A DNA stretch of 64,000 nt from Fibrobacterales bacterium (lineage in GTDB: Bacteria; Fibrobacterota; Fibrobacteria; Fibrobacterales; JAOPTW01), in NCBI GenBank assembly GCA_051532055.1, contig JAOPTX010000023.1:80450-144449 (forward strand), given 5' to 3'. Each line of letters opens with the position of its first letter. Position 1 is the first letter of the stretch. This document shows positions 39,078-49,577 of the stretch, piece after piece. The notes beneath the pieces are model-generated. The model was not told where the DNA came from and did not search any database. It worked only from the letters and a program-made list of their open reading frames with translations. The position numbers and the translations under genes are program-made.

Positions 39078-40826
39078 ATGTCAGACATGAAAGAACAAAA
39101 TCTAAAACCCGTCGTTAATGTTGATGCGATTTCAACAATCGACGAATACCTCGAAAAACTTGACTGGCGCGTACAAGCGAACGCCAACCAAGGATACTCA
39201 CTCGGTGGAATGATCCTAAATATTTCTGGGAAACTCATTGCAAACTACTGGCTCTCAAACGTGTATCGGAAGGAAATTGGGGAAGCGCATCGCAATGCCG
39301 ATATGCATATTCACGATCTTGATATGCTTGCAGGATACTGTGCAGGCTGGTCACTCCGCACCCTCCTAAGAGAAGGTTTCAATGGTGTTCCTGGTAAAAT
39401 CGAGTCAACACCTCCAAAACACCTATCAGCAGCAATTGGCCAGATGGTTAACTTCCTCGGTACGTTACAAAATGAATGGGCCGGTGCGCAAGCATTCTCA
39501 TCATTCGACACCTACCTTGCACCTTTTGTAAAAATTGACAATTTAAGCTATGAAGACGTCAAACAAAACATTCAAGAATTTATCTACAACTTAAATGTCC
39601 CTTCACGCTGGGGTACTCAAACACCATTTACCAATGTAACTCTTGACTGGACCTGCCCTGAAGACCTTAAAGAACAACTCCCAATCATTGGTGGTGAAGA
39701 AGCTGACTTTACCTATGCCGACGTATCCAAAGAGATGGCGATGATTAATCGGGCCTACATGGAAGTAATGATTCAAGGCGATGCTAAAGGAAGAATTTTT
39801 ACATTCCCTATCCCCACTTATAATATTACACCTGATTTTGACTGGGATGGTGAAAACACTGAACTTCTTTTTGAAATGACCGCAAAATACGGTCTTCCTT
39901 ATTTTCAAAACTTCCTCAACTCTGACCTCAATCCTGAAGACGTTCGTTCAATGTGTTGTCGTTTACAGCTCGACCTTAGAGAGCTCCTCAAAAGAGGAAA
40001 CGGACTCTTTGGCTCAGCAGAACAGACCGGCTCAATAGGTGTCGTGACCATAAATTGTGCACGCCTTGGCCACAACTTCAAAGATGACCATGAAGGCCTC
40101 TTAGCTCAACTCGACAGCCTTCTTGAACTCGCCCGAGAAAGTCTTGACAAAAAACGTGAAGTAGTTCAATACTATATAGATAACGGACTATTCCCGTACA
40201 CAAAACGATATCTCGGCACAGTACGCAATCACTTCTCGACCATTGGTGTCAATGGTATTAATGAGTGTGTGAGAAACTTTTTTAATGATAAAGAAGATAT
40301 TGCGTCACCCGCAGGTAAACACTTTGCAGTAAAACTTCTGGATCACATAAGAGAAAAAATGGTTGCCTTTCAAGAAGAGACTGGCAATCTTTACAACCTT
40401 GAAGCAACTCCTGGGGAAGGCACAACCTACCGTTTTGCAAAAGAAGATCAGAAGCGCTACCCTGAAATTCTTCAAGCGGGAACTCAGGATGCACCCTACT
40501 ATACCAACTCATCACAGCTCCCGGTTGGATACACTGATGATCCATTCGAAGCACTCATGCACCAAGAAGAACTTCAAGGTAAATATACTGGTGGTACCGT
40601 CCTCCACCTCTATATGTCAGAACGAATTTCGGGCATTGAGGCATGTAAATCACTCGTCCGCAGAAGCCTCGAACGATTTAAACTACCCTACATAACCATT
40701 TCTCCGACCTTCTCAATCTGCCCGACACATGGTTACCTTACCGGTGAATATGATTATTGTCCAAAATGTGACGAAGCACTGATCGAGAAAAAATTGAAAG
40801 AACAAGGGGTTACAACCTCAGTATAA
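39078..40826 (+). CDS. nrdD: Class III (anaerobic) ribonucleotide reductase catalytic core, lacking ATP cone and glycyl-radical tail
   Basis: HIHDL, YCAGWS, QNEWAGAQA, FTFPIPTYN, RSMCCRL, EATP.EG..YR, YTGGTV.H, CP.HG...CPKC then stop. Confidence 0.93.
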   Translation: MSDMKEQNLKPVVNVDAISTIDEYLEKLDWRVQANANQGYSLGGMILNISGKLIANYWLSNVYRKEIGEAHRNADMHIHDLDMLAGYCAGWSLRTLLREGFNGVPGKIESTPPKHLSAAIGQMVNFLGTLQNEWAGAQAFSSFDTYLAPFVKIDNLSYEDVKQNIQEFIYNLNVPSRWGTQTPFTNVTLDWTCPEDLKEQLPIIGGEEADFTYADVSKEMAMINRAYMEVMIQGDAKGRIFTFPIPTYNITPDFDWDGENTELLFEMTAKYGLPYFQNFLNSDLNPEDVRSMCCRLQLDLRELLKRGNGLFGSAEQTGSIGVVTINCARLGHNFKDDHEGLLAQLDSLLELARESLDKKREVVQYYIDNGLFPYTKRYLGTVRNHFSTIGVNGINECVRNFFNDKEDIASPAGKHFAVKLLDHIREKMVAFQEETGNLYNLEATPGEGTTYRFAKEDQKRYPEILQAGTQDAPYYTNSSQLPVGYTDDPFEALMHQEELQGKYTGGTVLHLYMSERISGIEACKSLVRRSLERFKLPYITISPTFSICPTHGYLTGEYDYCPKCDEALIEKKLKEQGVTTSV

Positions 40827-40916
40827 AACAAACTCCCGCTTTCAGTTATTATCTGAGCGGGAACACACTAAAATAAATTTAGCCAAGAACAACCAAACGA
40901 TAAGGAAACAACAGTA

Positions 40917-41102
40917 ATGATCGAAGAACTCAATATCGATAACGCACAAAGAACAAAATGTGAAATCTGGACCCGCGTAATGGGATACCACCGCCCCGTC
41001 ACAGAATTTAACCTGGGCAAAAAATCTGAATATGCAGAACGCAATACTTTTATTGAATCTAAAGCCATGGCTGCATGTGTAGCTGAGACAGCAGTTGCAT
41101 AA
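40917..41102 (+). CDS. Stand-alone NrdD glycyl-radical domain (61 aa)
   Basis: RTKCEIWTRVMGYHRPV.EFNLGKKSEY.ER, AAGGA RBS. Confidence 0.88.
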   Translation: MIEELNIDNAQRTKCEIWTRVMGYHRPVTEFNLGKKSEYAERNTFIESKAMAACVAETAVA

Positions 41103-41796
41103 TTCTCTATCAATGGTGCCGATTGGGGGAATGACCCCCATGACGACCATCGACTTTCCCGGCAAGCTCTCGGCTGTTCTCTACACCAAAGGGTGCCCGT
41201 GGAAATGTCACTATTGTTACAATACAGAGCTTCTCGACTACAACTCAGACAATACCCTTGATCCTGAAGGACTAGAGAAGTTCTTACTGAAGCGAAAAAA
41301 CCTACTTGATGCCATTGTCATTTGTGGCGGTGAACCAACATCTCATACAAAACTCCCCGAATTTATAGATACTATTCGTTCATACGGGTATCTTATTGGC
41401 CTCCACACCAATGGTGTCTTTCCTAAAGTTCTTTCACAGGTTATTGAAAAATGTGACTGGATTGCAATGGATATTAAAGCACCACTTGACCAATATGACT
41501 CTGTCACTGATGTCCCCAATAGTGCCAAAAATATAGAAGAAAGTATTGATATTATTATTAAAAGTGGTGTTGCCCACGAGTTCCGCACTACGGTCCATAG
41601 TCACTTACTCGATACCAAAGCCTTGCTACACAAAAGTCGGTTCCTTTCTGACAAAGGTGCACAAGTATATGCTCTTCAAAACTTCCAAAACATGCCCGTA
41701 CTTAATCCCGAGCTCAATGAGAAACCTCATCGAACAATATCTCAAACAGTAATTGATGAAATTAGACCGCTTTTCCGTGAATTAATCATCCGTTAA
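41095..41796 (+). CDS. nrdG: Anaerobic RNR activating enzyme (radical SAM)
   Basis: TTIDFPGKLSAV, GCPWKCHYCYN, GGEPT, LHTNG, MDIKAP, EFRTT. Confidence 0.92.
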   Translation: MHNSLSMVPIGGMTPMTTIDFPGKLSAVLYTKGCPWKCHYCYNTELLDYNSDNTLDPEGLEKFLLKRKNLLDAIVICGGEPTSHTKLPEFIDTIRSYGYLIGLHTNGVFPKVLSQVIEKCDWIAMDIKAPLDQYDSVTDVPNSAKNIEESIDIIIKSGVAHEFRTTVHSHLLDTKALLHKSRFLSDKGAQVYALQNFQNMPVLNPELNEKPHRTISQTVIDEIRPLFRELIIR

Positions 41797-41905
41797 CTCC
41801 CAAAAAACTAAAGAAACAGTTTCTAAAAGTGATTGTAATCACAAACCACATAGGAGCACTCATTCAATAAAAGCACTTTACAGGGTTTTTAGGTATATTA
41901 AACCT

Positions 41906-42262
41906 ATGAATATAAATGGTTTGGCATCGGCAATTTCAGGCTTAAAAGCATCATCTACTCGCATGAATGTGAGTGCCCATAATATTGCCAACGTTAATAC
42001 TGATGAATTCAAAGCACAAATAGTCAATCAACATGAAGATAACAGTATTGTCGATACAACCATCAGTCGGGATCTCACACAAGGCCCTATTATTCAAAGA
42101 ACCTCTAAAGATGGTGCCCAAGAGAATATCGAGATGAGTAACGTCGACATCTCTAAAGAAGCTGCCAATCAAATCCTAGCCAGTGGTAATTACAAAGCCA
42201 ATGTAAAATCCATTCAAGTTCAAGATGAAGTTCTCGGTACGCTCATCAATATTGTTACATAA
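41906..42262 (+). CDS. Orphan small flagellar rod-family (FlgC-like) protein
   Basis: SAISGL.A...RMNVSAHNIANVNT and MSNVDISKE..NQI.A...YKANVKSI...DE.LGTL.NI. Confidence 0.8.
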   Translation: MNINGLASAISGLKASSTRMNVSAHNIANVNTDEFKAQIVNQHEDNSIVDTTISRDLTQGPIIQRTSKDGAQENIEMSNVDISKEAANQILASGNYKANVKSIQVQDEVLGTLINIVT

Positions 42263-42277
42263 AGTTCGGCGAGTATA

Positions 42278-43147
42278 TTATTGTTTTTTTGTTACAGGGA
42301 AAAACTGGACATTCGTTTGAAATACCTGATCAGCATTATTCTCATATTCTGAGGCGATCTTTACCATTTTTTTTTGAAATTCAATTATCAATTTATCCAT
42401 TGCATTCCTCCCCTCTTCATTAGTCGAAAAAGTTGCCCCTACAATATTTCTTTCAGATTTAGTGAATCTCTCTATTGCCCCCCCAGCCAACTCTATTGTT
42501 CTCCGCTGAAAATTACGAATGGCAAGAGACCGCGGTAAATACGGCGGCGTTTCTATACAGCTATTGATTTGTTTATACACTACTCCGGCTGAGCCCATAA
42601 TCTTCTCTACCATTCCAAGTTTTATAAGAAGGTTTACGGCATCCTTAACTTTCTTAGCAGGCACAGGGGGAATAATCTGCTGACCAATGAGTTTAAAGTC
42701 ATCATGAAACTGATTGAGGTGAATAAGTTCTCGAATGACCGACACGTACCAATTTTCTAAAAACTCTGTGTAGTTTTTTTCTAGTGTATAAATTTCTTTT
42801 GCAGGCTTAAGATAGAGAAGTTGATCACGATAATATTGTTTTTGATTATCCCCCTCTGCTGATTGATAATTTATTAATGCCTCTAAATAGTGCGTCTCCC
42901 TTTTCGAGAGCCTCATCGCCAAAGCCATCTTTAACAATGAATCCACAGATAATTGTCTTCGACCAGAAATGACATTTGCCATGTATGACCTCGACTTAAA
43001 TCCTGCTTTATTTGCAAAGTATTGATGTGAAAATGCCGCGCTCTTCACTCGTTCAAGCTCAAACCAATCTCTCAAAAAGTCGACATAATTCCAATAATCA
43101 AAAATTGAAATGCCTTTGTCATTCACGATCTTCTCTGAAACGCCCAT
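42278..43147 (-). CDS. TIGR02147-family protein (XRE-like HTH N-terminus)
   Basis: IFDY.NY.DFLRD.F, FSH..FA.KAGF.SRSY...VI.G.R.L, WY..VIREL, ER....TF, VFQ.N.Q.FP.T. Confidence 0.88.
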   Translation of the reverse strand: MGVSEKIVNDKGISIFDYWNYVDFLRDWFELERVKSAAFSHQYFANKAGFKSRSYMANVISGRRQLSVDSLLKMALAMRLSKRETHYLEALINYQSAEGDNQKQYYRDQLLYLKPAKEIYTLEKNYTEFLENWYVSVIRELIHLNQFHDDFKLIGQQIIPPVPAKKVKDAVNLLIKLGMVEKIMGSAGVVYKQINSCIETPPYLPRSLAIRNFQRRTIELAGGAIERFTKSERNIVGATFSTNEEGRNAMDKLIIEFQKKMVKIASEYENNADQVFQTNVQFFPVTKKQ

Positions 43148-43280
43148 ATATAAACCGTTGGTAAAAAATGTATTGTTACAATTTCCGTATCATTGTTAAA
43201 ACAAATTTACATCATGGCACCGGTAATTCTTCAAACTAATTATATATTTATTTACTGGACCCACAATTTTTTTACATACT

Positions 43281-44771
43281 ATGACTTTTATATTATTACT
43301 TATCGCACTACTTATCATTGGATGTGACTCAGCCTCTTCTGTCAACCAATCAACTGGAATTTTAATTACCGGAAACAATGCATCAATTTCTGCAGAGGTA
43401 CTTGTTCAAGATGCAAGTAACACCCCACCAGACTCATCAATGTATCTTGTACTTAAAAAATCTAATGCAGACGCGCTCGAAGAATCAATTTATTTAACAA
43501 CTACAAATACTGCAGTATTTGATAGTCTTGAGCCCGGCTGGTATGACATCTCTGCCTATGCTGACAACGATACACTCATTGGTTCTCTGGACAGTATTCA
43601 AGCCCATACAGATTCGGTTGTATCAGTGCAGATCTCAGTCCAATACATTCAGAATATCGATATCAAAATTGAGGGAGACAACAACACAAATACTTTTATA
43701 AATGGTAATGGCAATACGGTATCCAACGGGGATAAAACTGAAAACCACTTCTATCACCAAGAACACAATTATGAAACAACCAACATTGTGGAAAAAGGGG
43801 CATACATTACAGTCACTCCACTTTCATCCCAAACAACTCATACCTCGTCAGTGACAAAAGTACTTATAGCTGTATCTTCGGAAATATCATCTTCAGTAGC
43901 CCCCCCCCTAAGCATTTCACTCCCTATAAGCTCGTCATCTCAACCTACTATTGAACATTTATCTAGTACATCATCTACTTCAAGTAGCGTATTTTCTCTA
44001 CCAAATGCACCAATTAGCTCAAGTATACTGAGCTCTTCTTCAATACTCTCCTCATCCATATCATCATCATCTTCATCTTACACCCCAACGCCCCTTTTGT
44101 CATCTTCTGTGCACCTTATTACCCCTCCTATACCAGAGACCAAACCTTCAACCTTTGTAGATTATCGTGACACACAAGAGTATCAAAAAGTAACAATAGG
44201 TACTCAAATATGGATGGCAGAAAACCTCAATTACTCAGAGAGCTTCGTATTAGGCTACTGTAGCGGTGACTCCACCCACAGCGATTCAAAACACTGTGAT
44301 ACATTTGGTCGACTATACACATGGGAAGAAGCCATGAACGGCGAAAGCGAATCTGTCACCACTCCAAGTGATATTCAAGGTATTTGCCCCAGTAATTGGC
44401 ACCTACCGAGTCATGACGAATGGAAAGTCCTCATAGAATATGTAGATTCCAATAATGGCGATGAACCATTAGGTCAAAGTTTGAAATCACAGAATTTATG
44501 GACTGAGGACGTCAATGGCGGCCCAGGCTCAGACACATTTGGCTTCAATGGATTACCTGGTGGATTTGGGGGGAAAGATGGCAAGAACTATTATAATAGT
44601 CTCTATAATCATAGCATGCATTGGGCAGCCACCGAATACAGTTATTATCAGGCAATACGTATTGATCTCAAATATTTAAACAATATAGTCCTTATTGAAA
44701 AGAGTAATACAAGCTGGAGATCTTCTGTTCGGTGCATAGAAAACGAACCAATAGATACAATCGAATTTTAG
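43281..44771 (+). CDS. Lipoprotein with Ser/Pro-rich linker and FISUMP (Fibrobacter major paralogous) domain
   Basis: IIG-C lipobox. F.D.RD.Q.Y..V.IG.Q.WMAENLNY, GRLYTW..A, QGICP..WHLPS..EW, GF.GLPGG, SVRCI. Confidence 0.92.
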   Translation: MTFILLLIALLIIGCDSASSVNQSTGILITGNNASISAEVLVQDASNTPPDSSMYLVLKKSNADALEESIYLTTTNTAVFDSLEPGWYDISAYADNDTLIGSLDSIQAHTDSVVSVQISVQYIQNIDIKIEGDNNTNTFINGNGNTVSNGDKTENHFYHQEHNYETTNIVEKGAYITVTPLSSQTTHTSSVTKVLIAVSSEISSSVAPPLSISLPISSSSQPTIEHLSSTSSTSSSVFSLPNAPISSSILSSSSILSSSISSSSSSYTPTPLLSSSVHLITPPIPETKPSTFVDYRDTQEYQKVTIGTQIWMAENLNYSESFVLGYCSGDSTHSDSKHCDTFGRLYTWEEAMNGESESVTTPSDIQGICPSNWHLPSHDEWKVLIEYVDSNNGDEPLGQSLKSQNLWTEDVNGGPGSDTFGFNGLPGGFGGKDGKNYYNSLYNHSMHWAATEYSYYQAIRIDLKYLNNIVLIEKSNTSWRSSVRCIENEPIDTIEF

Positions 44772-44933
44772 CCATACTATAACTAACGGATACAACCTCT
44801 ACAACATTCACTGTATTGCAGCTGAGTAATTATCTGGTTTAATATACAATCTAACATTGATAACAAATTTCATATTTTTTATTTAGGATTGTAATTCCGT
44901 ATAAATCCCAATCGGAACAATTCAATCGTAAAA

Positions 44934-45716
44934 TTGCTCAATTGTTGCTATGCAATTATTACCTTTCTCAGCATGATTTCTATACCACCTTATACGATAT
45001 ACCCTTTTGATATTCTCGAATCAACCAATCGACACATCAAAGAGAACCCTAAAAACTACCCTGATTGGGCAGTGATCTGGACCAGAGAACAAACATCGGG
45101 AAGAGGCCGTTTTGAGCGTGCTTGGCAGTCATCGCCAGGGGAAGATCTGACGTTCTCACTTTATGTACCCTTAAAAGACATAGAACAGCTTCATTGGGCC
45201 AATTTGACCCAAATCATGGCCCTTTCACTCCATGAAGCACTATTAGCGCTCGACATCCGCACTTCCATAAAATGGCCTAATGACCTCCTGATAGACGGAA
45301 AAAAACTGTGTGGCATTCTGTGTGAACTTACTCAAAAAGAGGGCTCTCCTATGGCCATTCTGGGTGTAGGACTCAATGTGAATAGTGCGCCCATTTTGAT
45401 GCAAGCAATAGATCGCCCCGCGACATCTCTCAATGCACAAACCTCAAAGTGTTATGACCTCTCTGTTGTATTATCATACATCTTAGAACGTTTTTACGAG
45501 AATGTAAAATCTGTGCAAGACCATAATTTTGAACAACTTAGAAAGAAAATTGCTCAAAATTTGACATTTACAGGAGAGCATATTATTATTGTTGACGGTG
45601 ACAAGCGTCATTCGGGAACAATAATCGACCTCAACAATGATGGAACATTACTTTTTGCGTGTGACGAATGTGGAACAATTACCCTCCATTCAGGGGAAAT
45701 CAGTTTCCGAACTTAA
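44934..45716 (+). CDS. birA: Biotin protein ligase, no N-terminal HTH
   Basis: ESTN, QTSGRGR..R.W.S, IKWPNDL, KKLCGILCE, GVGLNVN. The likely start is ATG at 44973. Confidence 0.94.
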   Translation: MLNCCYAIITFLSMISIPPYTIYPFDILESTNRHIKENPKNYPDWAVIWTREQTSGRGRFERAWQSSPGEDLTFSLYVPLKDIEQLHWANLTQIMALSLHEALLALDIRTSIKWPNDLLIDGKKLCGILCELTQKEGSPMAILGVGLNVNSAPILMQAIDRPATSLNAQTSKCYDLSVVLSYILERFYENVKSVQDHNFEQLRKKIAQNLTFTGEHIIIVDGDKRHSGTIIDLNNDGTLLFACDECGTITLHSGEISFRT

Positions 45717-45748
45717 TAACAGTTGTTTTTTAAAAAAGAAAGAGCAGT

Positions 45749-45991
45749 ATGATACAAGATGGAATAATGGTCATGCTTATTGGCATGAGTATCGTGTTTG
45801 TTTTCTTGGTGTTGCTAAACATTGCAATAAACATTTTAACAAGCCTTACTAAAGAACATGCTCAGAAAGAACAGGATGCGATCGCCGCGGAAGAGCGGGC
45901 TTTAAGAGAAAAGAAAGCTCTAAAGTCTAAACGCGGGTCAGATACCTCACTTATTGCAGCCATTGCTGCAGCTGTTAAACTGAGAGCATAA
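45749..45991 (+). CDS. oadG: Na+-translocating decarboxylase gamma subunit
   Basis: G...MLIGMSIVFVFL.LL and IAAIAAAV. Confidence 0.9.
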   Translation: MIQDGIMVMLIGMSIVFVFLVLLNIAINILTSLTKEHAQKEQDAIAAEERALREKKALKSKRGSDTSLIAAIAAAVKLRA

Positions 45992-46027
45992 TAATTTTAT
46001 AACCGCCCAACCAAGGCAAGGAACACT

Positions 46028-47818
46028 ATGAAAAAACTAAGATTTATGGATACTTCATTTCGCGATGGCTTTCAATCAGTCTATGGAGCGCGTGTATTAA
46101 CTGAAGACTTTATGCCTGCTGTTGAAGCTGCGCGTAAAGCGGGCATCACCCACTTTGAAGCCGGGGGCGGCGCACGATTTCAATCACTCTTTTTCTATTG
46201 TAATGAATCTGCATTCGACATGATGGATGAATTCCGCAAAGTTGCGGGCCCTGACGCCGAACTTCAAACCCTTGCACGCGGTATCAATGTTGTAGCACTC
46301 TCTCAGTGCCCCAGAGATATTATCGACCTCCATGCCAAAATGTTCAAAAAACATGGCATGTCTACCATTCGTAACTTTGATGCACTCAACGATGTGAATA
46401 ACCTCGTATACTCTGGAGAGCGCATTAAAGAAGCAGGGCTTAACCATCAAATCGTTGTAAGTATGATGGACCTCCCTCCTGGATGTGAAGGCGCACACAC
46501 TTCTGACTTTTATATGGATCGCCTCAGACAGATTCTCGATTCAGGCGTACCTTTTGACTCAATCTGTTTCAAAGATGCATCAGGTACAGCAAACCCTAAA
46601 AAGATTTATGAAACATTTAAAGGTGCTCGCAAACTCCTTGGCGATGACGCCCTTCTTTGGCTTCACACCCATGACACTGCTGGCGTAGCAACAACATGTT
46701 ATATGGCTGCAATCGAAGCAGCAGCAACCAAAGATAACAATCTTGGTATTGACATGTGTAAAAGCCCTGTATCGGGTGGTACTGCCCAACCAGACATTCT
46801 CTCTATGTGGCATGTTCTCAAAGGGACCGAATGGGACCTCGGGATCGACCCATTTGAAATCCTTAAAGCGTCTGACGCGTTCGAACAATGCATGAAAGAT
46901 TATTATGTACCTCGCGAAGCAAAACAAGTATCTCCAGTTATTCCACTCAGCCCAATGCCTGGCGGAGCGCTCACTGCAAATACAATGATGATGCGTGACA
47001 CCAACACCCTACACCTCTATCCTGAAGTAATCAGAGAGATGAGTGATGTAGTGCGTAAAGGTGGATTTGGTACATCAGTAACTCCTGTATCACAATTCTA
47101 CTTCCAACAAGCATTTGCAAATGTAACGCAAGGTAAATGGAATAAAATTACCGATGGCTACGGCAACATGGTACTTGGTTACTTTGGTAAAACACCAACA
47201 GCTCCAGATTCGGAGATCGTTAAAATTGCATCCGAACAGTTAGGAAAACCAGTCTTTACGGGTGACCCACTCGATGTACTCGAGCCAGGTATTCCACAAG
47301 CAACCAAAACACTTCAAGAAAACGGCTTAGAAGTTACTGATGAAAACATCTTTATTGCCTACGCATGTAAAGACAAAGGCATCGAGTACCTCAAAGGAAA
47401 CATGACTGCGAATGTTCGTAAAAACGAACCTGAGAAATCAACAACACAAGGCAGTGGTGATGGTAACTACACTATCACGGTAAACGGCAAGGCGCATTCA
47501 GTTGCTGTCGCTGGTGAAAACATCACTGTTGACGGTAAAGCATTTGACATCGCTGTCGCCGAAGGTGGGGTATCTCCAGTTGCTAAAACATCATCTGGTG
47601 GTGCTGGTGAACCTATTGTTGCGGCCATGCCAGGAACCGTTGTTAGTATTGAAGTGAGCGAAGGCGATCAGGTTTCTGAAGGCGACGAGCTCCTTATTGT
47701 TGAGGCTATGAAAATGGAATCACCGGTTAAATCAACGAAATCAGGAATAGTTACTTCTATTGAGGTAACTGTCGGTGACAATGTTCAAAACGGTGATACT
47801 CTCGTTATTATCGAGTAA
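46028..47818 (+). CDS. oadA: Oxaloacetate decarboxylase alpha-type subunit (carboxyltransferase plus biotin carrier)
   Basis: [31 protein letters not shown]-terminal EAMKME. Flanked by oadG and oadB. Confidence 0.88.
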   Translation: MKKLRFMDTSFRDGFQSVYGARVLTEDFMPAVEAARKAGITHFEAGGGARFQSLFFYCNESAFDMMDEFRKVAGPDAELQTLARGINVVALSQCPRDIIDLHAKMFKKHGMSTIRNFDALNDVNNLVYSGERIKEAGLNHQIVVSMMDLPPGCEGAHTSDFYMDRLRQILDSGVPFDSICFKDASGTANPKKIYETFKGARKLLGDDALLWLHTHDTAGVATTCYMAAIEAAATKDNNLGIDMCKSPVSGGTAQPDILSMWHVLKGTEWDLGIDPFEILKASDAFEQCMKDYYVPREAKQVSPVIPLSPMPGGALTANTMMMRDTNTLHLYPEVIREMSDVVRKGGFGTSVTPVSQFYFQQAFANVTQGKWNKITDGYGNMVLGYFGKTPTAPDSEIVKIASEQLGKPVFTGDPLDVLEPGIPQATKTLQENGLEVTDENIFIAYACKDKGIEYLKGNMTANVRKNEPEKSTTQGSGDGNYTITVNGKAHSVAVAGENITVDGKAFDIAVAEGGVSPVAKTSSGGAGEPIVAAMPGTVVSIEVSEGDQVSEGDELLIVEAMKMESPVKSTKSGIVTSIEVTVGDNVQNGDTLVIIE

Positions 47819-47834
47819 AAAAAGAGAGATTACA

Positions 47835-49382
47835 ATGAAACTACTCACAACACTTATGACTTTGATGCTCCTTCTTTCGGGAACAGCATCAGCGACAGAA
47901 TATTTTACTACCGATGAAGATGTTACTATTCTCACTGCTCCTTTTGATTTAACCATCAATAAGGTATCGGTGAAAAATGGTAAAGAACTCGCCGTTGGTG
48001 CATTTATATTCGACAATCAATTTATAGCAAAGTTTAAGGATAGCGAAGGATTAAAAACAATCTTAACTTCTGGTGCATCTGGTAAGATCACCTACGTTTC
48101 TGATTTGTTTAAAAAGCATGCAACGATCCCTGCAGGAACTAAACTCTTAGAGATCACCAAAACTGCCATTATGGTTGATGCCGCATCTGATAAAAAACCA
48201 CAAGCAAGCCTATCGTTTAGCAAAATGATAGAAAACCTTGGCAAAAGTACTGGCATCTATAGTATCACAGCAAATAATGGCTTTGATTGGACTGATGGTC
48301 TTGGTCGTATTATGATGATCATGGTTGGAATGTTACTTCTTTACCTTGGGATAACCAAGGGATTTGAGCCACTACTCCTCATACCAATTGGCATAGGATC
48401 AATCCTTGCAAACATACCGCTAGCATTCATAAATGATGAAGGTGGCATCCTCCACTTTATCTATGAAGCTGGTATCACAACTGGCATCTTCCCACTCATT
48501 ATTTTTATGGGCGTTGGGGCAATGACCGATTTTGGGCCGATGCTTGCCAATCCCAAAACACTCCTCCTTGGTGCCGCGGCTCAATTTGGTATTTTTACTA
48601 CCCTTATAGGCGCACTCGTACTTTCGAAGTATGTCCCCGGTATTGACTTCAATTTCCAAGACGCCTCATCGATTGCTATTATTGGTGGCGCAGATGGACC
48701 GACATCAATTTTTGTTGCATCAAAATTGAGTCCCCGTCTTCTTGGTTCAATTGCTGTCGCTGCCTATTCATACATGGCATTAGTGCCTATTATCCAGCCT
48801 CCTATCATGAAGTTACTCACTACCCCTGCTGAACGTAAAATCAAAATGACGCAGCTAAGATACGTCTCTAAAAGAGAAAAAATCATCTTCCCTGTTATAG
48901 TAATTATCATGTGTGCAATGCTCCTTCCTTCAGCAGCACCACTTATTGGTTTTTTCATGTTTGGTAATATAATGAAAGAGTGCGGCGTTGTTGAGCGTCT
49001 CTCATTTACCGTTCAAAATTCACTCATTAATATTGTGACTATTTTCCTTGGACTTGGAGTAGGATCAAAGCTTTCGGCTGACAAATTCCTTAACCTCGAA
49101 ACACTCGGAATTATCATTCTTGGACTTATTGCTTTCTCCTTTGGTACTGGAGCTGGAGTTATGATGGCGCGGACTATCAACGTCTTCTCTAAGCAAAAGA
49201 TCAATCCACTTATAGGTTCAGCTGGTGTATCAGCAGTCCCTATGGCGGCGCGGGTTTCTAATAAAGTTGGACTTGATGAAGACCCACATAACTTTCTCCT
49301 TATGCACGCAATGGGACCAAACGTAGCAGGGGTTGTTGGATCAGCTGTAGCAGCAGGCGTATTACTTGCTGTGTTTCAATAA
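47835..49382 (+). CDS. oadB: Na+-translocating decarboxylase beta subunit with N-terminal extension
   Basis: [57 protein letters not shown]. The ATG at 47835 starts a signal peptide. Confidence 0.95.
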   Translation: MKLLTTLMTLMLLLSGTASATEYFTTDEDVTILTAPFDLTINKVSVKNGKELAVGAFIFDNQFIAKFKDSEGLKTILTSGASGKITYVSDLFKKHATIPAGTKLLEITKTAIMVDAASDKKPQASLSFSKMIENLGKSTGIYSITANNGFDWTDGLGRIMMIMVGMLLLYLGITKGFEPLLLIPIGIGSILANIPLAFINDEGGILHFIYEAGITTGIFPLIIFMGVGAMTDFGPMLANPKTLLLGAAAQFGIFTTLIGALVLSKYVPGIDFNFQDASSIAIIGGADGPTSIFVASKLSPRLLGSIAVAAYSYMALVPIIQPPIMKLLTTPAERKIKMTQLRYVSKREKIIFPVIVIIMCAMLLPSAAPLIGFFMFGNIMKECGVVERLSFTVQNSLINIVTIFLGLGVGSKLSADKFLNLETLGIIILGLIAFSFGTGAGVMMARTINVFSKQKINPLIGSAGVSAVPMAARVSNKVGLDEDPHNFLLMHAMGPNVAGVVGSAVAAGVLLAVFQ

Positions 49383-49397
49383 CTCGTCTTATTCATT

Positions 49398-49429
49398 AAA
49401 AAAGCTCCGTTTCCTACGGAGCTTTTTTT
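49398..49429. terminator. Bidirectional intrinsic terminator
   Basis: AAAAAA-GCTCCGT-TTCCT-ACGGAGC-TTTTTTT between convergent genes. Confidence 0.92.
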
Positions 49430-49445
49430 GTATAACGCACTATAG

Positions 49446-49577
49446 TTATAGCATGAAGTGTTTTTTCTCTACAAATTCATAATTCTCTTGATGATTGTTT
49501 TGTCTTCCAAACAATATAAGTAACATCATTACACTTATAAAAAGAATCAATAGCTTTACACCTGCCGGAACTTTCAT
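49446..49577 (-). CDS. Small single-TM protein (43 aa)
   Basis: GGGGGA RBS. MKVPAGVKLLILFISVMMLLILFGRQNNHQENYEFVEKKHFML. Ends at the bidirectional terminator. Confidence 0.55.
   Translation of the reverse strand: MKVPAGVKLLILFISVMMLLILFGRQNNHQENYEFVEKKHFML

Noticed and set aside
40700..41102. nrdD as a frameshifted pseudogene
   Set aside because: There is a clean stop, a 90-nt spacer with a hairpin, and a separate RBS and ATG for the glycyl-radical ORF.
43880..44110. Ser-rich low-complexity tract as a separate repeat element
   Set aside because: It is an ordinary Ser/Pro linker typical of FISUMP lipoproteins.
44858..44874. Fur-like TTGATAACAAATTTCAT upstream of birA (and similar AT-rich text near 52312)
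   Set aside because: Several mismatches in very AT-rich intergenic DNA, and no iron-related gene downstream.
46028..47818. Pyruvate carboxylase subunit B
   Set aside because: The fold and motifs are shared, but flanking oadG and oadB and the absence of a biotin carboxylase gene favour a Na+-pumping decarboxylase alpha subunit.
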